IMG/VR virus record: IMGVR_UViG_3300037245_000888
Location: 1-64,000 of that record
DNA length: 64,000 bases
Strand: one strand, 5' to 3'
Source: a virus
Positions 1-13,668 of the stretch are shown in pieces. The notes below the pieces were generated by a model. The model was not told where the DNA came from. It ran no database searches and saw nothing but the letters and a program-made list of their open reading frames with translations. Position numbers and translations under genes: made by a program. Positions within the stretch are counted from its first letter, which is position 1, and each line of letters begins with the position of its first letter.

Positions 1-232
1 TTTCCTTTAATCTATCTAAAGACCTCATTAATGTTCTATGATCATTTATAAAAGTTAGCTGCTTTAATTTGTTAGCTCTAATCTCAATAGTGTACCATGA
101 GCCATTTTTGGTTCCTATAAGTTTTCTATCTCCTAATATTAATAAAACAAATTTATCTATTGATTTCAACTTTGAGCTTAATAGAGCTTCTTGTTGTATT
201 GATATAAATTTTGTTTTAACTTTTTCTGTCAC
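1..232 (-). CDS. N-terminal part of a winged-helix DNA-binding protein (replication-initiator-like); runs off the left edge
   Basis: Not in the ORF track. GGAGGTG RBS then GTG at 232; translates MTEKVKTKFISIQQEALLSSKLKSIDKFVLLILG...KLKQLTFINDHRTLMRSLDRLKE, a wHTH-like pattern; own promoter at 276-304. Confidence 0.6.
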   Translation of the reverse strand, partial: MTEKVKTKFISIQQEALLSSKLKSIDKFVLLILGDRKLIGTKNGSWYTIEIRANKLKQLTFINDHRTLMRSLDRLKE

Positions 233-275
233 ATTCTCACCTCCAATCTTCCTCAACTCAATCTCACTTAAACAT

Positions 276-304
276 ATCTTAACATTTTAAATTAATCCTG
301 TCAA
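276..304 (-). promoter_or_regulatory. sigma-A type promoter
   Basis: Reverse strand TTGACA-17 bp-TAAGAT with TG extension. Confidence 0.75.
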
Positions 305-470
305 TGGATATTCGAAGTTTATTTATTATTTAATTGAGATCAATCCAACTGTTCGATATTCTGCAACAGTTCATTTTTATCCCTTTAATAGAAGGAACAT
401 GATTCTCAACTCAATTTCAGCCATTAAGCAGCTTAATTTCAGTCTATCTCAAACTATTTCAAATATATTG

Positions 471-499
471 TTGACATCTAAGATCAATCATGTTATTAT
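471..499 (+). promoter_or_regulatory. sigma-A type promoter, divergent from 276-304
   Basis: TTGACA-17 bp-TATTAT with TG extension. Confidence 0.75.
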
Positions 500-702
500 C
501 TATATAAAGAACGATTACAAACTACATCACATATAAATATCATCAGACATGTACTTTAAACAGTCAAAACATAGCCTACATGAAGATATAATACATTTCT
601 GGTGTAATTGCATTAGAAGAGTATAAAGTAGCTTTAAACAGGCTTAAAATGATGTATAGGATATAACTAATATTAAACTAACTATAATAAAGGAGAATAA
701 CA

Positions 703-1062
703 ATGAGAATACCTAAGATATTTAAAGGAACATATGGAAGTGGAAGAATACACAGAGTTAATCAAATGTCTCAACAAATGCAAAGAGATGAAGATCGTAA
801 TGATAGAGAATATCAAAGTATGTTAGACAACGAATCACCGGAAGAAACTAAATACAGAAAATTAAAAGTACAAAGAAAATTGAATAAACGTAATCTACAA
901 GCAGAAATCATATTCCTAGTATTTGCTATTATATTTTCATTAATGATAGTTTTAATGTATACATCAGGAAATAGATATGATGGAGCTGAGTGGATTACAA
1001 TGTATACATCTGTTGTTGTGTTGTTTGGATTATATATTTATCAGAAAGGATTAGTAAAATAA
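703..1062 (+). CDS. hypothetical membrane protein (2 TM)
   Basis: AAGGAG RBS; two C-terminal hydrophobic segments. Confidence 0.7.
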   Translation: MRIPKIFKGTYGSGRIHRVNQMSQQMQRDEDRNDREYQSMLDNESPEETKYRKLKVQRKLNKRNLQAEIIFLVFAIIFSLMIVLMYTSGNRYDGAEWITMYTSVVVLFGLYIYQKGLVK

Positions 1063-4000
1063 ATATTGGATTTATGTGAGAATTATATTGACAGATGTTA
1101 TTATGAGTGATAGTATGTTGATATTGGATGTTGAATGAAGGAAATAAAAGGAGAGATAAAGTGAAAGCAAAAGAATTAGCAGAAGAATTGGTAAAGATTG
1201 AAGACATGCTGGAAATATACAAAAGACTAATGAGTGAATGTCAAATTAGATTTACATTAATAAAAGATCAACGATATCCGAAAGGCATTACTGAACGAGG
1301 ATATAAAGACATTTTCAAAGAAGTGGATTCATACTTTGGTTCAGTTGTAAGAAATTTAATCAAGTTGGATAGTAAATTTAGCGATTTTTCATATGTATAT
1401 AAAGATAAGACTAATAAAGTATTGGAAGAGTTGGGATATCAATTTAGAGTTTAAGGAGGATTAAAGTGAATATGAAATGTAGTCAATGTGAGAAAGAAGC
1501 TACTCAAAGTGGAAGTGAACTTTGTAAAGAATGTGAAGATGAAATAATTGAAGAAGGTAAGCAGCAGTTAAAAGAAGATCTAGCAAATTACTATTCTGAG
1601 ATTACAAATGGAATAGGATTTATAAGGAGGAAGTAAAAATGAAAGAAAATACAATTTGTAAAGAATGCGGTGAATGGGTATCTTGTACATGTGACGATGA
1701 TAAATTATGTGGATGGTGTTATCATTTCGATGGTGAGCAATGTAATGCACTCGAAGAAAGTCAACCATCAATGAATAAAAAAGAAGATGATAAATGTGAT
1801 TGTGGACAATTCGAAACACCATAAAAGGAGGAATTAAAGTGAAATTAGCAAAAGCAACAATATATTATTATTCTCATGAAGGTAAGCCAACCAAAAGTCT
1901 ACATGAATTATTAAGCTTAAAAGATTGGATATATTATGATTTATTTGATATCGAAGAAGTTGAGATTGGTGAATGGTATGATCAAATTGATTTAAATAAA
2001 ATCACTGCTAACAAAGAAACATATGAAAATTATTTTGAAAGTCACACAAAAGCAATGATATCTATTGTAAGTGATACAGTCAGACTAATGGAAGTGAGTG
2101 ATATTACTGGTATGAAGTTGAAAGAAGCTGTTGATAAAGTATGTAAGAATTATTTAAATAATGGAAACAACGATAAACCTGTAAGAATATTACTTGAAGG
2201 AGATATATCATTAATTACTGAAAGATGTAGAATGATATTAGAATACTAAGGAGGAGAAGTAAATGTTACCTAAAGAAATGTTGGAAGATGGATTTAAATG
2301 TATTAATCATTCTGGAGAAGTATTATACTTATTAAAGAGAGTCGGTGAGTTTTATAATGAAAGAGGCTCCCAATTTGCATCACTTTATGAGTTTGATGAC
2401 AATTTATTATTACTAAACAGAAAAGATAAAGATTTTAACATAGTTGAAATATATGACAGAGAAGATAAACTGGTATGGGTTGACAAAGATTACAATGAAA
2501 ACAAAATAGCATTATTAGAAGCTGAAATTCGTGAAAAGGAAGATGCGTTGTGTAATGCTATAGATAAACTTAGTCATAGAAGGATTATCAGAAATATTAA
2601 TTATATTAATAAGGAGGAACAAAATGAAAACTAATAAAACTAAACAATCGGCAACCTGTGGTGAATGCCATTACTGTAAGCAAGATGAAACTAATCTTAA
2701 CTCTGGTGAATGTAGAAATAAATATATACATAGAAAGAGAACTGGAATCAGAACTATTAAGTGTGGTAGATTTACCGGTAGAATGGATATATTGAAAATA
2801 ATCTGGGATAAGATTAATGGATTTTAAGGAGATGTGAAATGGATTATATAAATAATAATTGCTTTGAAGAAAGATTGATCAGAGAACTTCTTGAAGAAAA
2901 CAATATAGAAGTCTCCACTGATAATGTACATAAAATGTATAGCCTTCATTTATCTGATTATATGGATAGACCAATCAAAGATTTATTTAATCAAAATAAA
3001 TACATATACACAGATTGGTATCAGAAACATCAATATGACATTGAGGTTAAAGAGAAAATAAAACATATCATTCAACAATATGAATATCTTGAGCAAATGA
3101 TTAATAGTTATAATGACTATGATGATGCTGATAATATGGAATTAACTTTTAAATGTGATCAAGCTATAACTGATATGATTGAGGCTGAAAGTATTATATG
3201 TGTAAATGAAGATAATAGACTATCAAAATCTAAAGAGTTACTAAAAGAAATGTATGGATTATTTTCTACTGGCTTGGTTAAAGGTAAACACAATAGCATC
3301 CTGCGTAAAAATAATTTCAGTGAAAATTGGGAAGAATATATTTCTTTTGATGACATATGGTTTGAAGTAAACTATGAAAAAGATTCTTGGAAGGGAATAT
3401 CTAGCTATAGAACTATGATTTATGTAGATTTAAAATTAGGTAAGTCATTAGAGGAATCTGATGGATCGTCTGAAAAACAGGACTATATCAGAAAAAACTT
3501 ATTTAAAATAGGTGAATTTAATGAAAATAGTATTGATATAAAAGACAAAGATTTTATGAAAATTGTAGTTAAGATTATCCATCAAGTAATATCTGAATAT
3601 AAAAGTGTCATAGAAATTAAAGCAGTTGAAAAAGCTGCAGAAAATAGAGAGAAAAATATAGGATATAATAAAAAAGAAGAAATTAAATATATTAAACTCT
3701 CTGAGATTAAAAAGAGAATTAAGAAATCAAGCAAGGAGACTAAATAAAAATGTTTATACGTAGAGTTAAACAAATAATTGTAGAATCTAAAGACTTCACT
3801 GAGGATGATAAAGTTTGTCCTCATTGTAGTCGAGTTGGAACGGATATGGTAGGAGGTTCTATCAAGTGTTTAAATTGTGGAACTAAATGGAATGTTATTT
3901 TAGAGGAGGTAAATAAGTGACTAAAATATATAGATATTATATAGATGAAAAAGTAATCAAAGAAGAAGTGATTGAATGTGAATTTGATGGGATATGTTAT

Positions 4001-4947
4001 TTTATCCTAAGTCTTAGTGAAAACATTGTAATTGAAAAATATTTAGATAGCGGATTATACTATATTGAATATTATGATTCTGGAATTAGAGATGGATATT
4101 TCTATTCTCACAAAATGGATCATTCTACCATTATTGATTTGTATATTAATGAAAATGATAAAGCATGTTCTGATTTATGTTCAAGCTATTATTCATCGAG
4201 AGAAAAGTTATATTTAAAGAATATTGAATTAAAAAGCCTTAAACTTAGAATAGATAAGGAGGCTATCAATGAAAGCTAAATGTGTTTCAAAAGATTGGAC
4301 GTTAAGTATTGAAGTTGGTGAAACAAGAGATATTATAAAGAATATGAATAGAGGACTGGAAGATCAAGATAATCTAATTATTAATTTAAATGAGATTTGT
4401 TACACAAGTATAGATAGTAATTATTTCAAGAAACATTTTGAGGTGGTTGAAGAGGAGAAAGTAGATGAAATGGAAAAAGAGAATATCTAAATATAAACAG
4501 GAATTACTAGCAGGAATAAGACGGAAATGTAAATTTCTATTCATCCCTAAAACCATAAATGGTGAAACTAGATGGCTTGAATGGGCTATTTGGAAGGAAG
4601 TAAATTGTCATCATAGAGATGGTGATGAATGGGAAGTTGCCTATTGGGAAGATACAAAGGAGAATAAAGATGAATAAAGAAACTTTAGAAAAAGGAAAAG
4701 AATTAACTCGACAGATAAAAGATATAGATGATAAACTAGAATCTCTATCATGTATAGATGGATTCTCTAGAGATTTTACATTATCATTTAGAAAATCTTA
4801 TGAGAGTCGTTCAGATACAATAGTTTCATTTTCTGATAATAGTAAAGAAAAACAATATTTAAAAACATTTATTTCTGTGTGGAAAATTAATTTAGAAGAT
4901 GAAAAGCTTGAATTAATTAAAGAGTTTGAAGAACTATAATAACATTT

Positions 4948-4973
4948 TAGATCACAGAAATGTGGTCTATTTT
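4948..4973 (+). terminator. intrinsic terminator
   Basis: TAGATCACA-GAAA-TGTGGTCTA followed by TTTT. Confidence 0.7.
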
Positions 4974-5002
4974 AATAATATTAGATAAATTAGATAATAT
5001 CC

Positions 5003-5031
5003 TTGACACGTAATACAATAGATGATATTAT
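5003..5031 (+). promoter_or_regulatory. sigma-A type promoter
   Basis: TTGACA-17 bp-TATTAT with TG extension. Confidence 0.75.
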
Positions 5032-8000
5032 GTGTTTAATAGGATATTGGAATGAAGGGAGAAATAATTATGGAATTTGGAAAAGGTAGACTTGGATTAA
5101 AAGTTGAAATTACAGAACCTAAATATTGGTATGATAAAATAGGAGATATTTTTGAAGTGTGGGAAAGTCCAGACTGCGAGTCACACTACTTATTAGAATC
5201 AAATAGGCCAAGTACAATGGGACTTGTAATAGATAAAGATTGCTGTAAAATTATATGGGATGAGGAATTTGAACTCATAGAAGCAAAGAATGAGCGCGAT
5301 ATTCTTAAGGTTAAGGTTGAAAAGTTAGAAAAAGACAAAGAATTAGTTAAGAAAATGATGACGTTTGGTGAAGGTGTCAAGGAAATAAAGTATTCTACGA
5401 TAGCTCTTATGCAGACTAGGGTTGAAGAGTTAGAATCTGAATTAGAAGCAGATCATGCATCTTCAGAAGAGATTATAGATGATTTAACAATTGACTATAA
5501 TCAAATGTGTGAAGAAGTAGAACAGCTTAAACAAGACGCTAATAAATGGAATTACCTAAAAGATCAATTAATCAATAGCAATCTTACGTTAGGTAGAATG
5601 TTTTTAACTGGATTTGAGCATTTAGATATTGATGATTTTGAGTATCAACAGAAATTAGATCTCGAAAGGAGTGAAATAAAATGACATCAGCAGAATCTAA
5701 ATGGCTGAAACAAGTTAAGAAATATCCAAATACATTTAATATTGAAATTGAGAGTGATGTTATATATGTTATTAATATTAAAGAGGATAAAGTAGTGTTC
5801 CATTTTGAAAGCTCTGGTAATGAATTTCTATTTCAGCTGCTTAATCAATTGGGATATAAGAGTGAGATGAGTTAGGAGATGGATTATGAGTAGTTGGATG
5901 TGGAATCAAATATACAACAAAAATACACCGAAGACAGAACAAGAACGTGAGTTGGAAAGACTTATAAAATATACTAAGAATAGACCTGTCGAGAGGTTGC
6001 AGACAAATATTCATAAAGGAGATAAATAATGAAACCTAAAAATGATATTCATAGAAGAATATATCACTTAATTAAAAGTACAATTAGAGATGCCATAATA
6101 AATAATCACGATTGTATTAGTATTTCAATAGCTCCATATGAGAGATCACAATTGTCAAATAAGAATATTCGTAAAATGAAAAAGTATTGGGCTAAGAAAA
6201 ATTGGACGCTGCAGGATGACACTATCTATGGTCAAGGTGCAATTGGTAGATGTAGATTTATCTTCAGGAAGAAAGTTGAGGACGAATGGATTACATTTGA
6301 GGAACCAGATGATGCTATAGCATATTATGGAGGCAGGTATCAAGATTAAAATAACGAAAGGAGAAACATATGAGAACTATCAAAGTTATTAAAATTGAAG
6401 GACTTGAAAATACAGATAAAGGTAGTACCGTACAAATGTACACATATGAAGAAATGAGATCTCATAAAGAATATTGTCGTGATGAGGAAAGTAACGATGA
6501 GTTCGTAAATAATATGAGTTCTCCAATTGGATGGGTGGTACAAGAGAGACTTAATGATGGATGGATATTTATACCTATTCTACCGAGTGATATTTATGAA
6601 GAGGTTAAAGATAATCATACTGAGATAATGTCAATGCATAGTGACTTAGCTCATAGTGGAGTATTGAATTAAGGAGGGTATAATGATAATGAATAAAAGA
6701 AAGATATTAATTTTATGTAAATACATTCCAAGCAGTCTTAATATGGCTAAGTTTTTATGTGAACAATATGATAAGACTTCAACTAAAGAATTCTTTGATA
6801 TATGGAAACAAACGGACGAAGGAAATATCATAGATTATGAAGATTGTAGTTATTTATTTGAAAAAGCTGTATTTGCAAATGATATAGCAAATGAGATGAA
6901 GAATATGAATAGCTTCGTTAATCAAGTTATAATTCTTGGTGAATATGAGGAATCTGAAAAGGCATATATCAAACAGTATGCAATTGAAATGTTAAATGAG
7001 TATAGTGAGGACGTTGACTGGTATATTCAATTTATGAAGGGATTGCCTACGGAATATTATAGATAGGGAGGATATAATGACTAAAGAAGAAATGTTAGAA
7101 ATGGCAAAAGACTACTCAAAAATACACAGTGAGATTGGATTGAAATCTTATATGGATATCCAAAAAAATATAATCAAAGATAAATATTTTGAAATTGTAG
7201 AAGTAGAGGCCGGCAGATTATATAATCCTTATATGAAAGAAGGATGGCTGAGAGAATTAAATTGTGAATTAGAATATGAAAAAGAGCAATTAGATATGTT
7301 ACATGTTGCTTTGAAGTTAAGATTGGAGATGAAAGTATGATTTTAGATCCAAATAAAGAAGGCATAGAAGTATACTATTACAACAAGATTAGAAATTTAA
7401 CTGGATATCCTGAGAAGTGTATTGAGTGGATTATATTAGAATGTTGTGAAGAATTAGAATGGGATTTCAATAATACATTGGACGATAGTATTCATGTGGT
7501 TTATTATAAAGGTAAGTCATATGAGCAAATTACAAGGCCATATTTAGACTGTGACGGCATTGGTAGAGTTTATGAGGATATGTTTGATAGGATAGGATTT
7601 CTGTTTCATAAGACTGATATTAAGAGGGTTAATCTTTAATTGGATTATATAAAATATACAAGGAGAGTAAATAAATGATTAAAGTATATAGTGATAAGCA
7701 AGTAGTAATAACATTTGGTAAAGGTGACATATGCGTCAATGGAGGAGATTCTTCTCAAAGTGAAGTAGGTATAGTATTGTTAAACAATCAGTCACCAAGA
7801 GACATAGGTTCAGTAGGTAAACTTTTAAAAGGTCAAGAATATGAGCATAAAGATATGGACGTAGTTATTGAGTTTACTAAAGTTGAAAGTATTGATGTGC
7901 TGATAAGAGCATTGGAAGAAGCTAAGAAGTGTATGGATTAAGGAGGTACACATGTGGGAAGGATATCTATTAATAGGAATATTATGTCTTGTAGTAGCAT

Positions 8001-9546
8001 GGATGGTAAATAAAAGATGGAATGATATACAGAGGTAGGGAGGATGAATAAGATGAGAACAAAACAAGGTAGAAGGGTATATTGTGGAATAGAACGATTA
8101 ACTAAACTGGCTGGATCTATAATGTATTTAGATATGTTTTATAACTCTCCTAAAATAACTGAAGAGGAAATAGATGAAGCGTGTGAAATGGTAAAAATAG
8201 ATAATTCATTTAGTCAACTAACCACAGTTATTAATCAGAGCAAACACCAAATGATAATTACTAGAGGAAATTACAGAGGTATTTATGATTTAGATACTAA
8301 AGAACAAATGTTAAAAGCATTAGAGTGTGAAAAATTATTACTTAGTAAAACGGAATAAAAATATATAATAAATAGGAGATGAAATGAAAATAATAACTAA
8401 AGAAAATAAAGTTATATTAGATTTTGAAGGTGATACAATTACTACTGTAAATGATATTTTAATAGATGAGGCGAGTAATGATGGCACTGTAAATATAGAA
8501 ATACGCAAGGGTCATTGGGTAGGAAATGGAACTAATTTAGTCACCAATATATTTTCTTGTGGTAGAGGTTATATAAAGTCACATGAACCAAATAAATATA
8601 CATCTGATCAACTCAAAGAGGCTATAGAATATCATATTAAAATGGGAACATATGAATGTGATATAATAGATTTTGATGATTATATGAAGCAATGGGAATT
8701 GAGTAAAAGTGAGGTATAATATGAAAGCTAGTAAGCTAAGAGAAGATATCAATAATAGAATGAACAAGGAGTGGTCTGAAAGTAATGATCATGCTTGTGT
8801 CCTAGGTGTGGCTGAAAAGATAATTGAAGAGTTATTGAAGATTATAGAAGGTAAGGGTGAATAGATGAGTAGCAACAATACATTAATTAAAGCAGCACTC
8901 TGTCAAATTAAACAACAGGGAATAGATTTATCTGATGGATTTGATATTGCTGTACAGAGTGATAATGGAGGCGTAAAGTTAATATTGGCTTATACTACTG
9001 AGGAGGTTATTGAAGACGCATATACTACAATTGTTGATTTGGAAAATAGAGTTGAAGAATTAGAGTATGTGGCTAGATTGATTAAGTTGGCTAGGGAGGG
9101 TGAGTAGGTGAGTAAATTTGAAGACAAGATAAATAAAGAAATAGAAGATATTATAATGTCAACTATAAAATCTGATCAAAATGCGATGTACACAGAATCA
9201 GGTAAGTTTAGTAAAGAAAATCTGGAAGAGTTAATGGAAACTTTAAACGCTTTGCCTAGATTTGTCATATCATTTGAAATAAATCAATATACTTGTAACA
9301 CCATATTCTTAGGAATTATGAGCAGTATTAAATATGGTGATGATATGGAGTTCAATAAGCCAAATATGGTTATTGTAGACAACCTTTCAGATAATGAAGT
9401 GAGAAGAGTATATAACAATGGAGATACTGAGATTGATAAAGTTTATAAATATGACGGTAAGATGTTTATTATACCAGTGTATGAAAATCTGTTAGTTAGA
9501 TATGAACATGAAGAGGTTAGTAAGTTAAAATAGATAATTAACAATC

Positions 9547-9581
9547 AAAAGATTGGTCAACATTGATCAGTCTTTTCTTTT
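9547..9581 (+). terminator. intrinsic terminator
   Basis: AAAAGATTGGTCAA / TTGATCAGTCTTTT hairpin plus T tract after the last + strand gene. Confidence 0.7.
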
Positions 9582-9687
9582 GTCCATAATACATGTCAGC
9601 TCAGACGATTGTTGGGTATTGGTTGATGGATTGGTGGTAATAAAAAACTAGACTATTAATATAATCTAGTTTAGTGGGTTTGTTTAA

Positions 9688-10632
9688 TTATGGAGTAAAT
9701 ATTATCCTGTCTTTGTCATCTATAAACTTATTACAATTTGCATAATCATTTGAGTCAAACTTCTTTAATTGATGTTGTTTAAAGAAACCAAAGAATGAAT
9801 TTCTGATAATATTATTATGATATTCTATCTTCTCTATTTCTAGGTTTAATTCATCCATAAATTCTTTTCTAGCCTTAGATAGTTTATCATATCTTTCTTT
9901 ATCCTCTTCATCAAATCCAAATGGTTCCACGAAATAATCAACACAATGGTTAATATATAATTCAATAACGTCTTCATCCTCTTTATAATCTGCCTTAAAT
10001 ACATCGTAACTTTTATTTTCTAGCGTATAGTTACTTAATTGTACAAGATTAGTCATAGTCTCTATTTCCTTAAACTTGATGTAGTTATACTCACAAGTCG
10101 TATAGATATTTGTCTTTTGTAGTAATTCTAGTTTGTTTTTAGGTAGACAATAAAGACTACTATATCTTCCAATCTGTATATTATTATATTCTACTTCTCC
10201 TGTGTTAAATGGAATAGTTCGTTGTTGTATCATAATTCTGTATTTCATTTTAGCTTTCTTTGAATTGTCTATATTACTCAGTTGTCTGAGATTCTGTTGG
10301 TGCATCTCTTTAAATTCATTGAAGCTGAATATAGTATAATTATCTGATACGGTATTAATAACGCGGTAGCTATCAAGCTGCCAACAATTATCTTTTGTTA
10401 TTGTGTACACGTTAAATTCTTCTCTTAACTCAAAGTAATTATTACAGTAGTCTTCTAGGCTTATTTTAAGTTCTGGATCATACAGTCCGAAATAATTTGC
10501 GAAAGACTTATTATTAGAATATTTCTCTAGGAATAATATCAACTCCTTTGCCTCGAATATACTGTTGCATTGTACTGCTATGGTTAAATCGCACATAGCA
10601 TCATAATGATGTTTATTTAATTCTTTGTTCAT
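9688..10632 (-). CDS. hypothetical protein, last of a 3-gene - strand unit (with 10634-10837 and 10872-11090)
   Basis: 314-aa ORF with AGGAG RBS; promoter TTGCAC-17-TACAAT near 11137-11165; hairpin near 9645-9672. Confidence 0.75.
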   Translation of the reverse strand: MNKELNKHHYDAMCDLTIAVQCNSIFEAKELILFLEKYSNNKSFANYFGLYDPELKISLEDYCNNYFELREEFNVYTITKDNCWQLDSYRVINTVSDNYTIFSFNEFKEMHQQNLRQLSNIDNSKKAKMKYRIMIQQRTIPFNTGEVEYNNIQIGRYSSLYCLPKNKLELLQKTNIYTTCEYNYIKFKEIETMTNLVQLSNYTLENKSYDVFKADYKEDEDVIELYINHCVDYFVEPFGFDEEDKERYDKLSKARKEFMDELNLEIEKIEYHNNIIRNSFFGFFKQHQLKKFDSNDYANCNKFIDDKDRIIFTP

Positions 10633-11136
10633 TTTATTTTTCTCCTTTAGTATTAATATTATTTACACTATCCAGTTGTTGAACCAAAGTTAAAAAGCCT
10701 TTATTACTCTTACATTCATTGTCAGTCTCAGAAAATTCTTCAAATATATCCCAAGCTTGATCGGTATCATTTGCCATACATGACTTTAATACTCCTTCTC
10801 CTCCTTCAAATTCAATATATCCTATAAATATTTTCATTTAATTTTCTCCTTTTATTATCATTAATTTAACCTTACACACAAAATTCTCTTCCACAATTTC
10901 CACATTTAAGAACATGAATAAATATATCATCTTTATCTCTTATATATTCATCTTGATATTTCTGACAAGTATTACATCCTTCCATAATAATTTTAACTAT
11001 CTTTTCATGATTAGCTGGCAATATTAATAAAATATCATCATTTGGTTTAGACTCTAATAATGTTAACATTCTATTTAGTGGTGTTTTCATATTTTCTCCT
11101 TTCTTAAAGTATTATTAGTTAGTTTCATATATTTAG

Positions 11137-11239
11137 ATTGTATCATATTAGGATATATAGTGCAAGGATTTGTTTTATTAAATTAATTCACATTTATTTA
11201 AATATAGTTGTTGACATGTTATTAGGTAAGTGGTAATAT
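11137..11239. promoter_or_regulatory. back-to-back divergent sigma-A promoters
   Basis: - strand TTGCAC-17-TACAAT; + strand TTGACA (11211)-17-TAATAT. Confidence 0.7.
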
Positions 11240-12427
11240 AGTGATATAGGAAAGTTGGATGTAAATTAGATTATGTAAAAGGAGGATTAATATGAAAGAC
11301 AATAAAGTAACTTGGCATAGAAATACATCAGGAAGAACAGACGAACCACTATTTATTAGAAGTGATGAGATATGGTATAAGAATATGCAATCCAATACTG
11401 AAATTGTTGTTCCTAAATATAAAAGAAATAAGGAGGAAAAACAAATGAAAAACTATAGAACTGGATTCAGCACATGTGGAGAACATCGAATATCAACAGT
11501 TGAATGGTTATATGATGCAATAGGTAGTAATGATGACAGATTAATGTTTCAGGCGTATGATGCTAATTTATGTCCATTACCAGATTTGAGTAAGTGGAAA
11601 CGGAAAGAATATATTTTTAAACAAATTAAGAAAGGATTGGAATTTACATCTGACTTTAATGGTGAAGTTTGGATGGATGATGTTAAGATTAAGTAGGGAG
11701 GATTAAAATGATTAATTTCAGTAATTTTGATAAAATAATATTAATAAAAAATAAAGATGGAACATTTAGTTGTGATTGTATACTTGGATTAGAAGATTAT
11801 GAAAAAGAGATTAGTTTTATATATCCTAGAGTTGTATTAAGTGGTATAGCAACAGTGTTGATTGATGACAAGGAATGTTATGGTACATATGTGATTGAAG
11901 ATAAGGAGGAGTTAAATGATTACAGGATATAAACTACTATTTCATAATGTAGAACATAAATTTGTAGATGACACAAAGACTAGTGTATTATTAATTTCTG
12001 AGTCATATAATGGAGATAGAATTACATTAGGTTATGTTCATACTAGTGATAGTGTTGAAGAATGTAAGAAAGATAAAGAGAAATATTTAGATGCTATATT
12101 GGAAGTTATTAAAGTAAATGCATTGGAGGGATGAATTATGTATGCAAGTAAACTAAAGAAAAGTAGTGGAAGTGGTAGAAAGGTAGTGGTTAAAATGTTC
12201 TGGTTGTTTGAGATGATAGATAGTTGTATAAATTATAATATAATCAAAAGAGAGAATGGATTAGGTAGAAACACTTATTACTTTACATTAACTTTAAGAC
12301 AAGTTGACAAATATATTTCAAAAGGATATAAGGTTGAGTTATATAGAGAAGATTATTGTATCAATGGATATGATGTTAGCTGGTAGGTGAATAGTAAATA
12401 ATATATCAAGATAGATCTATACAACTG

Positions 12428-12456
12428 TTGACACGATTAATTTAGTATGTTAATAT
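12428..12456 (+). promoter_or_regulatory. sigma-A type promoter
   Basis: TTGACA-17 bp-TAATAT with TG extension. Confidence 0.75.
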
Positions 12457-12505
12457 TGGTTTATAGGAAGTTAGGAAGTTAGGAAATATAAAAGGAGAGA
12501 ATATA

Positions 12506-13660
12506 ATGGGAAAGATGTCAAAATATGAACTTACATTAGTTAAAACCTATGTAAGCGATTGGGGCGTAGTAGAAGGCATGAGAGAGTTGTTTCAAAATGC
12601 ATGTGATCAAGAGATAGTCGATACAACAAATAAAATGTTTTATAAGTATGACGAAGATAATGAAGTTTTTCAAATAGGAAATTTAAAATCCGTACTAGAG
12701 GTTAAATCTTTATTACTAGGAATGTCTACTAAAAAAGATAATGAAGAAACAACAGGTAGACATGGTGATGGATTAAAAAGTGGCATACTTGCACTAATTA
12801 GAGATGGTAAAGAAGTAGTTATTTATAATTATGGTAAAAAACAAGTATGGAAACCTAGATTTGTTAATTCAAGAAGATATGGTGAAGAGATTCTTACTTT
12901 CTTTGTGGAAGAGCAAAACATATGGAATCCAGTTCCTCATAACAATTTAGTTATTGAAATAAAAGGTATAGACTCTGAAGAGTATAAAGAAATTAAAAAG
13001 ACGAATTTACACATTGAAAGACCAGATGATTTTATAGAAACTCCAAGTGGTAATATCTTATTAGACAAAGAGTACGCCGGCAAAGTATTTGTAAATGGAT
13101 TATATGTGTGTAGAGCTGATGAATTTATGTATGGATATGATTTAAAACCAAAATATATAAAGCTTGATAGAGATAGAAGGGCAGTCAGTAATTGGGATTT
13201 AAAATTAATTACAAGACAAATGTGGTTAGCTCAAGGAGATGATCAAAATTATCGTATTAGAGCAATGGCTAAAGTGAACAGTATGGATATATCTGGTATG
13301 GAATACGTTAGTAAAACTAATATGACTGAAACATATACAGATTCTTATGAGGAGTTTGTAGAAGAATATGGTGATAATGCAATGCCAGCAAGCTATTCAG
13401 ATTACAATGAAGTAAAAGAACAATATCCAGATGCAGAAATAGTTTCTGTTAATGAATCTGTAAAAGAATTGATTACTAGGTCAGCAGCTTATCAGATTAA
13501 ATCAACCACATTAAGAGTTGAAATAGTAAAGACATCTGAGACATTGGAAAACTGGAGAGGTGAATTGTATGACTTACTAGAAGGAACAAGTTATGAGCTA
13601 TCATCTGAAATGGAATCAAGAATGGACGATATATTAGAGAAAGTTAAAGAAATGGAATAG
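12506..13660 (+). CDS. GHKL (HATPase_c-like) ATPase domain protein
   Basis: N-box RELFQNACD, G2-box GRHGDGLK. Confidence 0.75.
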   Translation: MGKMSKYELTLVKTYVSDWGVVEGMRELFQNACDQEIVDTTNKMFYKYDEDNEVFQIGNLKSVLEVKSLLLGMSTKKDNEETTGRHGDGLKSGILALIRDGKEVVIYNYGKKQVWKPRFVNSRRYGEEILTFFVEEQNIWNPVPHNNLVIEIKGIDSEEYKEIKKTNLHIERPDDFIETPSGNILLDKEYAGKVFVNGLYVCRADEFMYGYDLKPKYIKLDRDRRAVSNWDLKLITRQMWLAQGDDQNYRIRAMAKVNSMDISGMEYVSKTNMTETYTDSYEEFVEEYGDNAMPASYSDYNEVKEQYPDAEIVSVNESVKELITRSAAYQIKSTTLRVEIVKTSETLENWRGELYDLLEGTSYELSSEMESRMDDILEKVKEME

Positions 13661-13668
13661 GAGGAATT

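Larger units (their letters stand above)
1128..9533 (+). other. array of about 25 short, tightly packed hypothetical phage genes (largest 2839-3747 and ~5070-5684; small Cys-rich ORFs near 1473, 1639 and 3749)
   Basis: Consecutive ORFs each preceded by AGGAG/GGAGG, often with overlapping stop/start; no recognisable family. Confidence 0.8.

Noticed and set aside
69-290. + strand 73-aa ORF
   Set aside because: Antisense shadow of the - strand gene starting at 232, which has an RBS and promoter
535-605. Second hammerhead (CUGAUGA on the - strand near 540)
   Set aside because: Could not build stems I-III around a correctly placed GAAA and cleavage triplet
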